From contig NC_086097.1 in NCBI RefSeq assembly GCF_963921235.1, positions 23,748,001-23,812,000 of the forward strand: 64,000 nucleotides of DNA, in the 5' to 3' direction. Shown here one piece after another: positions 1 to 11,815 of the stretch. The number at the start of each line of letters is the position of its first letter. Position 1 is the first letter of the stretch. The notes under the pieces are model-generated. The model was not told the origin of the DNA. It searched no databases and was given only the letters and a program-made list of their open reading frames with translations. The stretch comes from Mobula hypostoma (lineage: Eukaryota). The position numbers were made by a program, and so were the translations under genes.

Positions 1-121
1 ATAATCTGGTGCACATGTCACTATAAGAAATAAGTGCTGGAACAAATCATTCGCCCCGTCAGTGAACCCATGTATCTCTGTTCAATAACAGAACCTCTGT
101 AGCTCAATATTTACCAGCACT

Positions 122-360
122 GGGTGGCATGGTAGTGCAGCGGTTAGCCTAACACTATTACAGCACCAAAAACCCGGATTCAATTCCGTCACTATCCTTA
201 AGGAGCTTGTACATTCTCCCCGTGACTGCATGGGTTTCCTCCTGGTGTTCCAGTTTCCTCCCATATTCAACGTGTTAGTAGGTTAATGGGTGTGATTGGG
301 CAGCATAGACTAATTGGGCCAGAAAGACCCATTACTGTGTTGTACCTCTGAATAAATAAA
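122..360 (+). mobile_element. tRNA-derived V-SINE (HE1-like)
   Basis: A-box-like GGTAGTGCAGCGGTTAGC, B-box-like GGATTCAATTCC, V-domain TTCTCCCCGTGACTGCATGGGTTTCCTCC, AATAAA-rich tail. Confidence 0.8.
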
Positions 361-1051
361 CAACATTTCAGTCTTATCTGTAATTAGAGATTGTGATCCC
401 TCGTTCAACAATCCTCAACCAAGTGAAACATTCTCCCCATTATCTAATCTGTTGATTCTGCTGAGAACTTTTCAATGAAGTCACTTCCATTTATAAACAG
501 TAGATTAGCTACCACTGTTATAAAACTATTAAATAAATTTCACAACATGTGCTGATGATATTAAACCTGATTCTGATTCTGAAATAGTTCCCTGGTGTGA
601 CATATTGGTCTCTTGACCTCACGATCTACCTCACTATGACGTTGCCCCTTAATGTCTACCTCCTCTGCATCTTCTCTGTAGCTGTTACACTTAATTCACC
701 ATTCTGTTATTGTTTTACTTTGTTCTAGCTCAATGCACTGTGTAATAATGAACAGTATGAAAGCAAAGCTTTTCACTGTATCTCCGTAAATCTGACAATA
801 ATAAAGCAATTCCTGTTCCAGTTCCATATTGTTATGAAAGACCTGTCATTCCAAGAGCCTATCTAATGAATCTTTGCTACACTCTCCCAGTAGATCCTAT
901 TTTTGGATAGGAAAACCAAAGTTGATGAGGTTAGATGTTATCTCTCAAATGCCCTTTATAAGTGCATTGCTGTCCTGCACAAATTGTCTTGCAATACGAG
1001 CCTAGGTTGTCTTCATGATAGACCACAGCACCTGCATGTTAACTTTCATAA

Positions 1052-1321
1052 CCACGGTAGCATTGTAGTTAGTGTGACACCATTGCAGTTTGGGGAGTCA
1101 GAGTTCAATTTCAAAGTCATCTACAAGGAGTGTGTACACACTCCCCGTGGAATATACAGGTTTCCTCCGGGTGCTCTGGTTTCCTCCCATAGTCCAAGGA
1201 CATACTGGTAGGTTAATTGGTCATTGTAAATTGTCCCATGATTAGGCTAGGTTGAAGTTGGGGGTTGATGGGGGGTGTAGCTTGAAGGACCTATTCCATG
1301 CTGTACCTCAATGAATAAATA
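1052..1321 (+). mobile_element. V-SINE (HE1-like)
   Basis: tRNA-like head plus V-domain (CTCCCCGTG...GGTTTCCTCCGGGTGCTCTGGTTTCCTCCCA) and AATAAAT tail. Confidence 0.75.
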
Positions 1322-1334
1322 ACTATGTACAAGG

Positions 1335-1480
1335 GAAGCAATGCACACAAAATGCTGGAGGAACTCAGCAGGCCAGGTAGCATCTATGGAAAAGAGTAAA
1401 TAGTCGACGTTTTGGGCCAAGACCCTTTTTCAGACATTGCTTTGGATTTCCAGCATCTGCAGATCTTTTCGTGTTTATGT
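1335..1480. mobile_element. Penelope 3'-end-derived short repeat, partial fold-back, degenerate hammerhead
   Basis: AATGCTGGAGGAACTCAGCAGG...GTCGACGTTTTGGGCCAAGACCCT followed by the opposite-orientation GGATTTCCAGCATCTGCAG. Confidence 0.7.
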
Positions 1481-1829
1481 ATGTACAAGGGAATCCAGGT
1501 CTCTCTGAGCATCAACGTTTCTCATTTAAAAGTTAATTTATGTTTTTTTTTTACTGAAATGAATAACCTCACGTTGTTCCCCAGTGTTGTTTTCCATCTG
1601 CTGTTCAGTCAGTTTGTCTGCTCATCACTGAAGTGCCTTTCTATACATATCGACACTTGTATTCACACATTATGTTATGTCGTCTGCAAACATGGAAGTT
1701 TTACTTTAGTGCCTTCAGCCGACCCATTGGTACAGATTATGAAGAGTGGACAGCACAATAACGAATGCTAAAGTTTACCGTGTTATAGCCTGGTTTCCTG
1801 AGAAGGACCTGTTTATTCCCATTTATTGC

Positions 1830-2285
1830 AACACGCACAAAATGCTGGGGGAGTTCAGCAGGTCTGGCAGTATCTATGGAAACAATTAAACAGTTAGCAT
1901 TTCGGGCCAAAACCCTTCATAAAAACTAGAAAGGAAGGGAGGGAGAAGCTAGAATAGGAAGGTGTGGGAGGAGGTTGAGTACAAGCTAAATGGTGATGGG
2001 TGAAGCCAGGTGGGTGGGGGAGCGGTGATGAAACAAGATGCTGGGAGGTGATAGCTGGAAAAGGTAAAGGGCTGGAGAAGATGGAATCTGATGGGAGAGT
2101 GGACCGTGGGAGAGAGGGCAGGAGGAAGACTACCAGATGGGAAGTAATCGGCAGGTGAGGAGAAGTGAAGAGGTAAGTCGGGGACAGAGTGGGAAATCAA
2201 AGAACAGGGAAGGGGGAGGTGGAAAATTACCAGAAGTTGAAATTGATGTTCATGCCACCAGTCTGGAGGCTACCCAGATGAAAGA
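1830..2285 (-). mobile_element. Penelope-like element 3' end, inverted arm
   Basis: Minus strand reads FHLGSLQTGGMNINF near 2230-2285, followed by the same pyrimidine-rich 3' UTR as 2555-2940. Confidence 0.8.
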
Positions 2286-2289
2286 TGTG

Positions 2290-2940
2290 GTGTATCCAGC
2301 TGTAGTGTTCTCAACATTGGTGAGACCCATGGTAAATTGGGGGACCGCTTTGTTGTGCACTTCAGCTCCATCCTCCGAAAGCGTAAATCCCCGGTGGTCC
2401 GACATTTTAATTCCCATTCTCATTCCCTTCCAACATTTCGGTCCAAGGCCTCCTCTTGTCCTACGATGAGGCCACCCTCAGGGTGGAGGAGCAACACCTT
2501 ATATTCCGTCTAGGTAGCCTCCAACCTGATGGCATGAAAATCGATTTCTCTTTCCAGTAAAAAAAATCTCCACCCCTCCCCCTTCTTCTATTTTCCACTC
2601 TGGCCTCTTTCCTCTTCTCACCTGCCTATTACCCCCCTCCCCTAAGGCCCTTCTGCCTTCCCTTTCTCCTGTGGTCCACACTCCTCTCCTATCATCCTCA
2701 GCCCCTTTGCCTTTCCCACCCACCCGACGTCACCTATCACCTTCTAACTTGTCTTTCTTCCCCTGCCCCACCTTTTATTCTGGCATCTTCCCCCTTTCTT
2801 TCCACTCTTAAAAAAAGGTCTCGGCCCAAAGCATTGACTGTTTGTTCATTTCCATGAATGCTGCCTGACCAGCTGAGTTTCTCCAGCATTGTGTGCATTG
2901 CTCTGGATTTCCAGTATCTGCATAACCTCTTATGTTTATT
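2290..2940 (+). mobile_element. Penelope-like element: GIY-YIG endonuclease C-terminus, 3' UTR and degenerate hammerhead
   Basis: Translation gives IGET..KLGDRFV.H...V.RHFNS and LRVEEQHLIFRLGSLQPDGMKIDFS, typical of a Penelope GIY-YIG end; hammerhead remnant near 2805-2840. Confidence 0.85.
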
Positions 2941-3100
2941 TTTTAAGTGTCTTGATGCCAGGTTGTTTATTTTCCAACATTCCCATATTAGTCTGACGAT
3001 TTGGTACGTTTCCTCTGTCTTTCCTTTCTTAATTAGCAGGATCACATCTACTAGCTTCTCATCTGCAGGAAACATTGCAGGACCTTCAGAATCTTGTGGG

Positions 3101-3400
3101 ATAAAGGCATCCGTTAGTCTTGCGAGACCATGGATCTGCGCCTGGAAAGTCTTCACTCTCCAGGGCGCAGGCCTGGCAAGGTTGTATGGAAGACCAGCAG
3201 TTGCCCATGCTGCAAGTCTCCCCTCTCCACGACACCAATGTTGTCCAAGGGAAGGGCATTAGGACCCATACAGCTTGGCACCAGTGTCGTCGCAGAGCAA
3301 TGTGTGATTAAGTGCCTTGCTCAAGGACACAACACGTTGCCTCGGCTGGGGCTCGAACTCATGACCTTCAGGTCGCTAGTCCAATGCCTTAACCACTGGG
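3101..3400 (-). mobile_element. tRNA-headed SINE with RTE-associated tail
   Basis: Minus strand AGTGGTTAAGG (A box) and GAGTTCGAGCCCC (B box); nearly identical to 24738-25053. Confidence 0.8.
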
Positions 3401-3745
3401 ATAGATAGATAGATATACTTTATTGATCCCAAGGGAAATTAGGTTTCGTTACAGTTGCGCCAACCAAGAATAGAGTATAAATATAGCAATATAAAACCAT
3501 AAATAATTAAATAATAATATGTAAATTATGCCAGATGGAAATAAGTCCAGGACCAGCCTATTGGCTGAGGGTGTGTGACCCTCCAAGGGAGGAGTTGTAA
3601 AGTTTGATGGCCACAGGCAGGAATGACTTCCTATGACACTCAGTGTTGCATCTCGGTGGAATGAGTCTCTGGCTGAATGTACTCCTGTACCCAACCAGTA
3701 CGTTATGTAATGGATGGGAGACATTGTCCAAGATGGCATGCAACT
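3400..3745 (-). mobile_element. Rex1/Babar LINE 3' end
   Basis: ORF 3558..3743 reads ILDNVSHPLH...RLIPPRCNT..HRKSFLPVAIKLYN, followed by AATAAA and a (TATC)n tail. Confidence 0.8.
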
Positions 3746-4257
3746 CAGATGATACCCAGAGTCTTCACTATCTCAATTGCCTGGCCACCTCTTCCAAAAC
3801 ACTAGGAGACAGATCATTAAATCCTTGAGATTTATTGGCTTGCAGGCTCATTAACCTCTCCAGTTGTATTTTTTTACTCAAACTAATTTCTTTTCATTGC
3901 TCTGTTGCACTGTATCTTCAGTTCTCCAGTATTTATGTGAGTTCTGCTGTGTCTTCTGCAAAAATAGACACAAAATATTTGTTTAATTCTTTTTCCATTT
4001 TGTTATCATAAATTCTCCTGTCTCTGTAAAGGACTCATGCTTGTCTTTAGTGGATTCCCTTTTTTACAAACTAACAGTAGCTCCTAAATGTATCTCTCTG
4101 GTTTGCTCCCATGCTTTATTTGCTCTTTCTAGATCAATTACTTGGTTATCCTTTGCTCTGATCTAAAACACTTTGTCTTCAGGTTTAATGCTTTCTTTCT
4201 GTCTGTCAATTTAATAAGCTTGTAGCTTTGATTTAGTGCTGTCTTTAGTACTCTGTA

Positions 4258-4545
4258 GGGTGCCACAGTAACGTAGCAGTTAGTGTGATGCTGTAAGGGC
4301 TCAGGGCGTTGGAGTTTGGAGTTCAAATACAACGCAGTCTGAAAAGAGTTTGTATGTTCTCCCCGTGTCCACAATGGTTTTCTCTGGGTGCTCTGGCTTC
4401 CTCCCACAAAAACGTACCAGTTGGTAGGTTAGCTGGTCATTATAAGTTGTCCCATGGTTGGGCTAGGATTAAGTCGATGGACTGCTGGCAGCGTGGCTAA
4501 GAGGGCTGGAAAGGACTATTTCGTGCTGTATCTCTAAATAAATAA
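4258..4545 (+). mobile_element. V-SINE (HE1-like)
   Basis: tRNA head, V-domain, TAAATAAATAA tail. Confidence 0.75.
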
Positions 4546-4589
4546 TATAATTTCTTCTATAATCTATCTTTAGATCACTGTGAGATATA

Positions 4590-5141
4590 GAGTTAAATTG
4601 TACAAAAACAAGGTCTTCAGCCCAACATATCGATACTGATCAAGGTGCCTTCCTGAGGCACCCATTTTCCCTGATTTGAACTATATCTACACCTTTCCTA
4701 TCCATGAACCTGTCTTTTAAACCTTGTAATTGTACACACCTCTACTACTTCCCCTTGTTCCATATACACCCGCCCCCCACCATTTGTGTGAAAAACTTCT
4801 CCTTCCAGTTCCTTTTACCTCTTTCCACACTCACATTAAACTTATACCATCTAGTTTTAAATCCCTTGGAATCAGACTGTGACCATCAATCTTATCTGCA
4901 CCCCTCATTATTTTGTAAGGTCACCTCTCAGCCTCCTTTTCTCCAGCCTATCTAGTTTCTGCTCGTAACTTGTTTCGCTTTCACCACACTCTGTGTAAAA
5001 TACATATCTCTGACATGTCCCCTGTACTCTCATCCAAACACCTTATGCCCTCTCATATTAGCCATGTCCGCCCTGTGGACAAAGGTACAAGTTGTCCACT
5101 CAATCTATGCTTGGTATCATCTTATACATCTCTGTCAAGAT
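4590..5141 (-). mobile_element. Old CR1 3' fragments; host sequence resumes at about 9815-10170
   Basis: Antisense CR1 3' motifs; CTTATACATCTCTGTCAAGAT is continued by CCTCCTTCGCTTCAAAAAGGAAAG at 9819. Confidence 0.65.
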
Positions 5142-5244
5142 ACACTCAAGAGGAAAACTGGTACGACTTCCTGCAGCCCGCAGAGAGTTGCCGATGTACA
5201 CTGGCGCCATCTTTAATTCGGCCCAGTACCACTGAGCACATCTG

Positions 5245-6245
5245 GGTGTCGGATGTGGGAACCCTGGGAATCTTCCAGTCTCCCAGATGGCCACATCTAT
5301 GCCAGGTGCACCGAGATGCAGCTCCTGAGAGACTGTGTTAGGGATCTGGAGCTGTGGCTCAAAGACCTGCAGCTTATTACGGAGAGTGAACAGGAGATAG
5401 AGAGGAACACTCACAATGCACTGGAGGAACTCAGCAGGTCCAGCGCATTGTGAGTGTTCCTTTGACAACAGCATCTGCAGATTATTTTGTGTTTAAGTTA
5501 GAAAGGAGCTACAGGGAGTTAGTCACCCCGAGGCTGCAGGAGTTAGACAAGTGGGTGACGGTCAGGGAAGCGAGGGAAAGAGCTCAGATAGTAGAGAGCA
5601 CCCCCGTGGCCATCCCACTCAGTAATCATTATCTTGTTTTGGATGCGGTAGAGGGAGATGATCTGACAGAGGACGACCACGGCGATCGGGTCTCTGGCAC
5701 TGAGCCTGGTTCCGTGGTGCAGAAGGGAAAGAGGAAGATGAGGAATGCGGTAGTCATTGGGGATTCCATAGTGAGGGGAACAGACAGGAGGTTCTGTCAG
5801 CCTGATAGAGTTACCCGCATGGTGTGTTGCCTCCCAGATGCCAGGGTACAGGACATTTCAGATCGAGTGCTGAGCATTCTGAAGGGAGAGGGTGAACAGT
5901 CAGAAGTCTTGGTACATATTGGTACCAATGATATAGGTAGAGAAAGGGAGGAGGTCCTGAAGAGAGAATTCAGGGAGTTAGGTAGGAAGCTGAAAAGCAG
6001 GACCTCCAGGGTAGTAATCTCAGGACTGTTGCCTGCGCCACTTGCTTGCGAGTACAAGAATAGGATGATCAGATGTATAAATGTGTGGCTGAGAGAGTAG
6101 TGTAAGGCGCAGGGGTTCAGATTCCTGGATCATTGGGGCTTCTTCTGGGGGAGGTACCACCTGTACAAAAGGGACGGTCTACAACTGAACCCAAAGGGGT
6201 CCAATATCCTAGCAGGCACATTTAATAGAGCTGTTTAGACTAATT
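5245..6245 (+). pseudogene. CR1 ORF1 (zf/LZ plus SGNH/GDSL esterase), disrupted
   Basis: MWEPWESSSLPDGHI.ARC...LRDCVRDLEL; VVIGDSIVRG, HIGTNDIG, VVISGLLP motifs in ORF 5450..6100. Confidence 0.9.
5406..5498. mobile_element. Fold-back Penelope-end insertion inside CR1 ORF1
   Basis: 23-bp inverted repeat 5403-5425 / 5439-5461; flanked by TAGAGAGGA / TAGAAAGGA. Confidence 0.75.
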
Positions 6246-6437
6246 TGGCAGGGGATGGGAACCAGAGTGATGGGGCTGAGGAAGGGGAATACAGAAATAA
6301 ATCAAAGACAGCGTGCAACAGAGATTATAGAAAGAACAAGCAGGAGATGAGGCTTAATCAAAGCCATTGGCATGGTTATAGGGCAATAGAGACATGGTGC
6401 AGTTAAAACAGAAAACAACAAATACTGGACTGAAAGT

Positions 6438-6529
6438 AACATACATCAAAGTTGCTGGTGAACGCAGCAGGCCAAGCAGCATCTATAGGAAGAGGCGCAG
6501 TCGACGTTTCAGGCCGAGACCCTTCGTCA
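6438..6529 (-). mobile_element. Short Penelope-end insertion at the start of CR1 ORF2
   Basis: Direct repeat GGACTGAAAGT at 6427-6437 and 6530-6540; removing 103 bp restores KTTNTGLKVLYLNA. Confidence 0.85.
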
Positions 6530-6535
6530 GGACTG
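6498..6535 (-). ncRNA. Minimal type-I hammerhead ribozyme motif
   Basis: Minus strand CAGTC-CTGACGA-AGG(GTCTCGG)CCT-GAA-ACGT-C-GACTG: 5-bp stem I, intact CUGANGA and GAAA core, GUC cleavage triplet. Confidence 0.8.
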
Positions 6536-9409
6536 AAAGTGTTGTATTTGAATGCATGCAGCATAAGGAATAAGATGGACGAACTTGAAATTCAGCTACA
6601 GATTGGCAAATATGACGTTGATGGTAAATATGCCATCTCTGAAATTTGGCTAAATGATGGCATCCATTGGGAGCTGAATGTCCAAGGATATACGGTATAT
6701 CGGAAAGATAGGTTATTAGGCAGAGGGGGTGGTGTGGCCCTGTGTATAAGAAATAATATTAAATCATTAGAAAGAAATGATAGAGGATTGGAAGGTGTAG
6801 AATCTCTATGGGTTGAGTTAAGAAATGGCAAGGGTAAAAGGACCCTAATGGCAGTTGTATACAGGCCTCCAAACAGCAGCTGGGATGTGGATTACAAATT
6901 ACAGTAGGAGATAGAAAAGGTGTCAGAAAGGCAATGTCATGATAATCATTGGGGATTTTAACATGAAAGTGGGTTGGGAAAACCAGGTCAGAACTGGACC
7001 TCAAGAGAGAGAATTTGCAGAGTATCTAAGGGATGTCCTTTCACAACAGCTTCCTGTTGAGCCCACTAGGGGATTGGATGTGCTGGATTGGGTGTTGTGC
7101 AATGATCCAGAGTTGATAAGAGAGCTTAAGGTTAAGGAACTTTTAGGGAACAGTGATCACAATATGTTTAAGTTCACATTGAAATTTGAGAGGTAAAAAA
7201 TTAAATCCAATGTGTTGGTATTTCAATGGAATAAAGGAAATTACAATGGCACGAGAGGGGAACTGGCCAAGGTTGACTGGAAAGGGACATCTGCAGGAAA
7301 GGCAGCAGAGCAGCAATGGCTGGAGTTTCTGTGAAAAAAGAGGGAAATACAAGACAGATATATTCCAAACAAGAAGAAATTTTCAAAAGGAAGAAGGACA
7401 TTACCGTGGCTGACAAGCGAAGTCAGAGCCAAAGTAAAAGCAAAAGAGAGGTTATACAAGGAAGCCAGAGCTAGTGGGAAGATAAAGGATTGGGAGCTTT
7501 AAAAAACTTGCAGAAGGAAACTAAAAAGGTCATTAGGAAGGAAAAGATGAATTATGAAAGGAAGCTGGCCACTAATATCAAAAAAGATACTAAAAGCCTT
7601 TTTAAGTATATAAAGGGTAAAAGAGAATGGAGGATAGATATAGGACCAATAGAAAATGGAGATATTATAATGAGAGATGCAGAGATGGCAGAGGAACTGA
7701 ATGCTTATTTTGCGTCACAGTGGAAGACATCTGCAGTATATCGGACATTCAAGAGTGTCAGGGAAGTGAAGTAGTGCAGTGAAAATTACGACTGAGAAGG
7801 TGCTCAGAAAGCTTAATGGTCTGAGGGTGGATAAATCTCCTGGACCTGATGGAATGCACCTTTGGGTTCTGAAGGAAGTAGCTGGAGAGATTGTGGAGGC
7901 ATTAACGATGATCTTTCAAGAATCGATAGATTCTGACATTGTAGCAAATGACTGGAAAATTGCAAATGTTACTCTGCTATTTAAGAAGGGTGGGAGGCAG
8001 CAGAAAGGAAACTATAGACCTGTTAACCTGACATCAGTGGTTGGGAAGTTGTTGGAATCGATTGTTAGGGATGAGATTATGGAGTACCTGGAGGCACATG
8101 ACAAGATAGGCCAAAGCCAGCATGGTTTACTGAAAGGAAAATCCTGCCTGACAAACTCACTGCAATTATTCGAGGAAATTACAAGCAGGGTATACAAAGG
8201 AGATGCAGTAGATGTGGTGTACTTGGATTTTCAGAAAGCTTTGACAAGGCACATGGGGCTGCTTAGCAAGATAAGATCCCATGGAATTACAGGGAAGTTA
8301 CTAGCATGGGTGGAGCATTGGCTGGTCGGCAGAAAACAGAGAGTGGGAATAAAGGGATCCTATTCTGGCTGGCTGCTGGTTAGCAGTGGAGTTCCACACA
8401 GGTCAGTGTCGGGACCGCTGCTTTTTACGATGTATGTCAACGATTTGGACTATGGGATTAATGGATTTGTGGCTAAGTTTCCCGATGATACAAAGATAGG
8501 TGGAGGAGCAGGTAGTGTTGAGGAAACAGAGGGCCTGCAGAGAGACTTAGATAGTTTAGAGGAATGGGCAAAGAAGTGGCAAATGAAATACAATGTGGGG
8601 AAGTGTATGGTCATGTACTTTGGTGGAAGAAATAAACAGGCAGACTATTATTTAGATGGGAAGAGAATTCAAAATGCAGAGGTGCAAAGGGACTTGGGAG
8701 TCCTTGTGCAAGATACCCTCAAGGTTAACCTCCAGGTTGAGTCAGTTATGAAGAAGGCAAATGCAATGTGGCATTCATTTCTAGAGGTATAGAATATAAG
8801 AGCAGGGATGGGTTGTTGAGGCTTTATAAGGCAATTATGAGACCACACTTGGAGTATTTTGTGTGCAGTTTTGGACTCCTCATTTTAGAAAGGATTTACT
8901 GACATTGGAGGGGGTTCAGAGAAGATTCACGAGAATGATCCAGGAATGAAAGAGTTACCATGTGAGGAACGTCTGGCAGCTCTTGGGCTGTATTCCCTGG
9001 AGTTCAGTAGAATGAGGGGGGATCTCATAGAAACATTCAGAATGTTAAAAGGCCTGAACAGATTAGATATGGCAAAGTTATTTCCCATGGTAGGGGAGCC
9101 TAGGACAAGAGGGCACGACTTCAGGATTGAAGGATGTCCTTTTAGAACTGAGATGTGAAGAATTTACTTTAATCAGAGGGTGGTAAATCTGTGGAATTTG
9201 TTGCCATGAGCAGCTGTGGAGGCCAAGTCATTGGGTGAATTTAAGGCAGTGATAGATAGGTTCTTGATTAGCCAGGGCATCAAAGGGTATGGGGAGAAAG
9301 CAGGGGAGTGGAGATGACTGGAAGAATTGGATCAGCCCATGATTGAAAGGCGGAGCAGACTCAATGGGCCGAATGGCCTACTTCTGCTCCTATATCTTAT
9401 GGTTTTATG

Positions 9410-9813
9410 AAACATTGTCCTAGAAAAACAGCATCCGTCATCAAAGATTCTTACCACCCAGGCCATGCTGATTTCTCGCTGTTGCCATCAGGTAGAATGT
9501 ACAAGTGCCTCAGGACTCACACCACCAGGTTCAAGAACATTTACTACCCCTCAACAATCAGCCTCTTGAACAAAAAGGGGATATCTCCACTTATTTAAGG
9601 ACTGTGTTATATTATCATTATTTCATGCTTGTTATTTATTGCTATTTATTTATATCTGCATTTATGCAGTTTGTTTTAGGTTAACAGTTCCTGATGTTTA
9701 CAGTTTACAGCTACTGTTCTTTTGTTTGGTCAGTATACCCACAGAAAAAAAGAATCTCAGGATTGTATGTGGTGACATGTATGTACTCCGATAATCATTT
9801 TTCACTTTGAACA
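9410..9813 (+). mobile_element. Rex1/Babar-type LINE 3' end
   Basis: KTASVIKDSYHPGHA.FSLLPSGR.Y..LRT.TTRFKN.YYPSTI.LLN plus AT-rich 3' UTR ending in ACTTTGAAC. Confidence 0.8.
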
Positions 9814-10561
9814 CTTAACCTCCTTCGCTTCAAAAAGGAAAGTCTGAGCTCGCGGAACCTATCCTTATAAGGCATGCTCTGCAATCCAAACAGCGTACTG
9901 CCAAATCTCCTCTGCATGCTCTCTGAAGCTTCTACATCCTTCTTTTATAGAGACAACCAGAAATGAATACAATATTCTAAGTGTGATCTAACCAGGGGAG
10001 CTGCAGCATTACCTCATAGCTCTTGGACTCAATCCCCCTGACCATTTGCCTTCTTAACAACCCTATTGGCTTGCACGGCAGCTTTGAGGAATCTATGAGT
10101 GTGTACCTCAAGTCCCCTCTGTACCTCCACACTGCTGAGAAACCTGCCATGGACTGTGTAATCTGTCTATATAGATCACTCTTAAATATTGTGATCACTC
10201 AGTGCTGCATTGAAACAGAGTGGGGGAAAAAAATGGATGGGTGATTGGGATATTTGGCAGAGAGATCAAAAGGGATGTTCCTTCTGGGTGAGAACCAATG
10301 AAACTGAAAGAACACATACCCGATAAAAGAGGGTATAGAGAGTTGTTAGTCACAGCTGATCAGTGGGAGGTGTAAATGGAGGGAAGAGAATGTGAACAGA
10401 TGAGAAAAGGAGAGGAAAAACCATTGTGAATGATGGAACTATTGGGTACAGAACATTACAGTTGTTGGAAATTGAAAGGAAGTACTAAAAAAATACCCAG
10501 AAGATCAGGCAGGTGGCATCAAGGAGACCTACTGGATATCAGGGGGAAACTGAAAACTCGA

Positions 10562-10765
10562 GAGATTATGCAGATACTGGAAAGCTGGAGAAACCCACAC
10601 AAAATCCTGGAGGAACCTCAGCAGATCGGCCAGCATCTGTGGAAGGTTACAAACAGTTTCAGGCCTCAGTTGCACAGTTGCACAGAAGATCTAGGCCTAA
10701 AATGTCAGCTGTTCATTTCCGTCCATCCATGCTGCCTGACCTGCTGAGTTCCTTCAGCACTTTGA
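10562..10765. mobile_element. Fold-back pair of Penelope 3'-end repeats
   Basis: CTGGAGGAAC.TCAGCAG arm facing a GCTGCCTGACCTGCTGAGTTCC arm. Confidence 0.7.
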
Positions 10766-11742
10766 TTCAGATTCATTTATTTATTACACATACATTGAAA
10801 CATACAGTAAAATGTGTTCTTTGTGTTAACAACCAACACAACTGAAGGATGCGCTGGGGGCACATCCTAGCACACATTCCAGCACAAACATAGTATGCCC
10901 ACTATGTTTGCAGAACACACAAACAACAAAACACCAATAAGAACAGTCCATTTTCTCTCTCCCACTCACCCAGCCCCAGGCACACACACAGACAGTCCTT
11001 TAACCCCTGGACAGTTCAAAGTTCAAAGTATATTTATTAACAAAGAATGTATAAATCATAAAACCTTGAGATTTGTCTGCTTACAGGCAGCCACAAAGCT
11101 AGAAACCTGAAAGAACTCAATTAAAAAAGAAAGCCCAACACCCAATGCACAGAGAAAGAGAGAAACAAATCATGCAAACAATAGAAGCAAGGAACAGATT
11201 CTGAACCAAGTTGAGTCTATAGATCCCGAATCTCTGGAGAAGCCGAAGTAGGCTTAAAGCCCCTGTTTCGGTTCATCATTATAGCAGGGAAAATTGCCGT
11301 GAAGCTTGCAGACACAAAGTGCAAAACAGCGAGAGCAGTCTCATATCCTCAGCACTGCTGAGAGAGGAGTAACCATAGAGGGAGAGCAAATAGAAACGGC
11401 CCAATCCTCACCTCCGGTCCCAATACCCTTCCTTTCCAGTCTATCTGATGCTCTTCTGACCTCAGTCCATCTTCAGACTGCAGTCCTCCAGCGGACATGG
11501 GGAGCTGCAGACCGTGGCCTCTCTCCACGACTTCATGACTTTCCCAATGAGCTCCCAGGCCCAGAGTTACAGCCACTGGGCCTCAATTTCTAGACTTACG
11601 ATCATCCTTCCATCTCTGATCTTTGCTATCGATTCTAGGCATGGGAGGAGAATGTTTTTACGGTTGGTATCGTACCTTTTCTGAAGTGTTCAGGGAATTC
11701 AGCAGGTCAGGCAGCATCTGTGGAAATTAATAAACAGTAGAT

Positions 11743-11815
11743 CAGAGGTTCCCAACCTGGCATCCATGGATCCCTTAGTTGGGGTCCAAGGCATAAAATT
11801 GGCTGGGAACCCCTG
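11743..11815. mobile_element. hAT-type mini-MITE (about 75 bp)
   Basis: TIRs CAGAGGTTCCCAAC / GCTGGGAACCCCTG; imperfect 8-bp TSD CAGTAGAT / TAATAGAT; sister copies at 41706, 43352 and 46969. Confidence 0.7.

Larger units (their letters stand above)
6400..9300 (+). pseudogene. CR1 ORF2 (APE endonuclease plus reverse transcriptase), disrupted
   Basis: LKVLYLNA.SI, GGGVAL, YRPP, GDFN, SDHN; KSPGPDG, NYRPV.LTS, YLDFQKA, GVP..S..GPLLF, F.DDTK. Confidence 0.95.
5220..9409 (+). mobile_element. Near full-length CR1 LINE, non-functional
   Basis: ORF1 zinc-finger/leucine-zipper plus SGNH esterase; ORF2 APE endonuclease plus RT; CR1 3' end GGGCCGAATGGCCTACTTCTGCTCC with a TATGGT-type tail; many stops and frameshifts. 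Confidence 0.95.

Noticed and set aside
5450..6100. SGNH hydrolase ORF as a host esterase gene
   Set aside because: It is the standard CR1 ORF1 esterase, directly upstream of APE-RT and repeated in two other CR1 copies
7779..8792. 337-aa RT ORF as an active or domesticated gene
   Set aside because: It is part of a CR1 with stops and frameshifts on both sides and degraded motifs (FPDD, GVPHRS)
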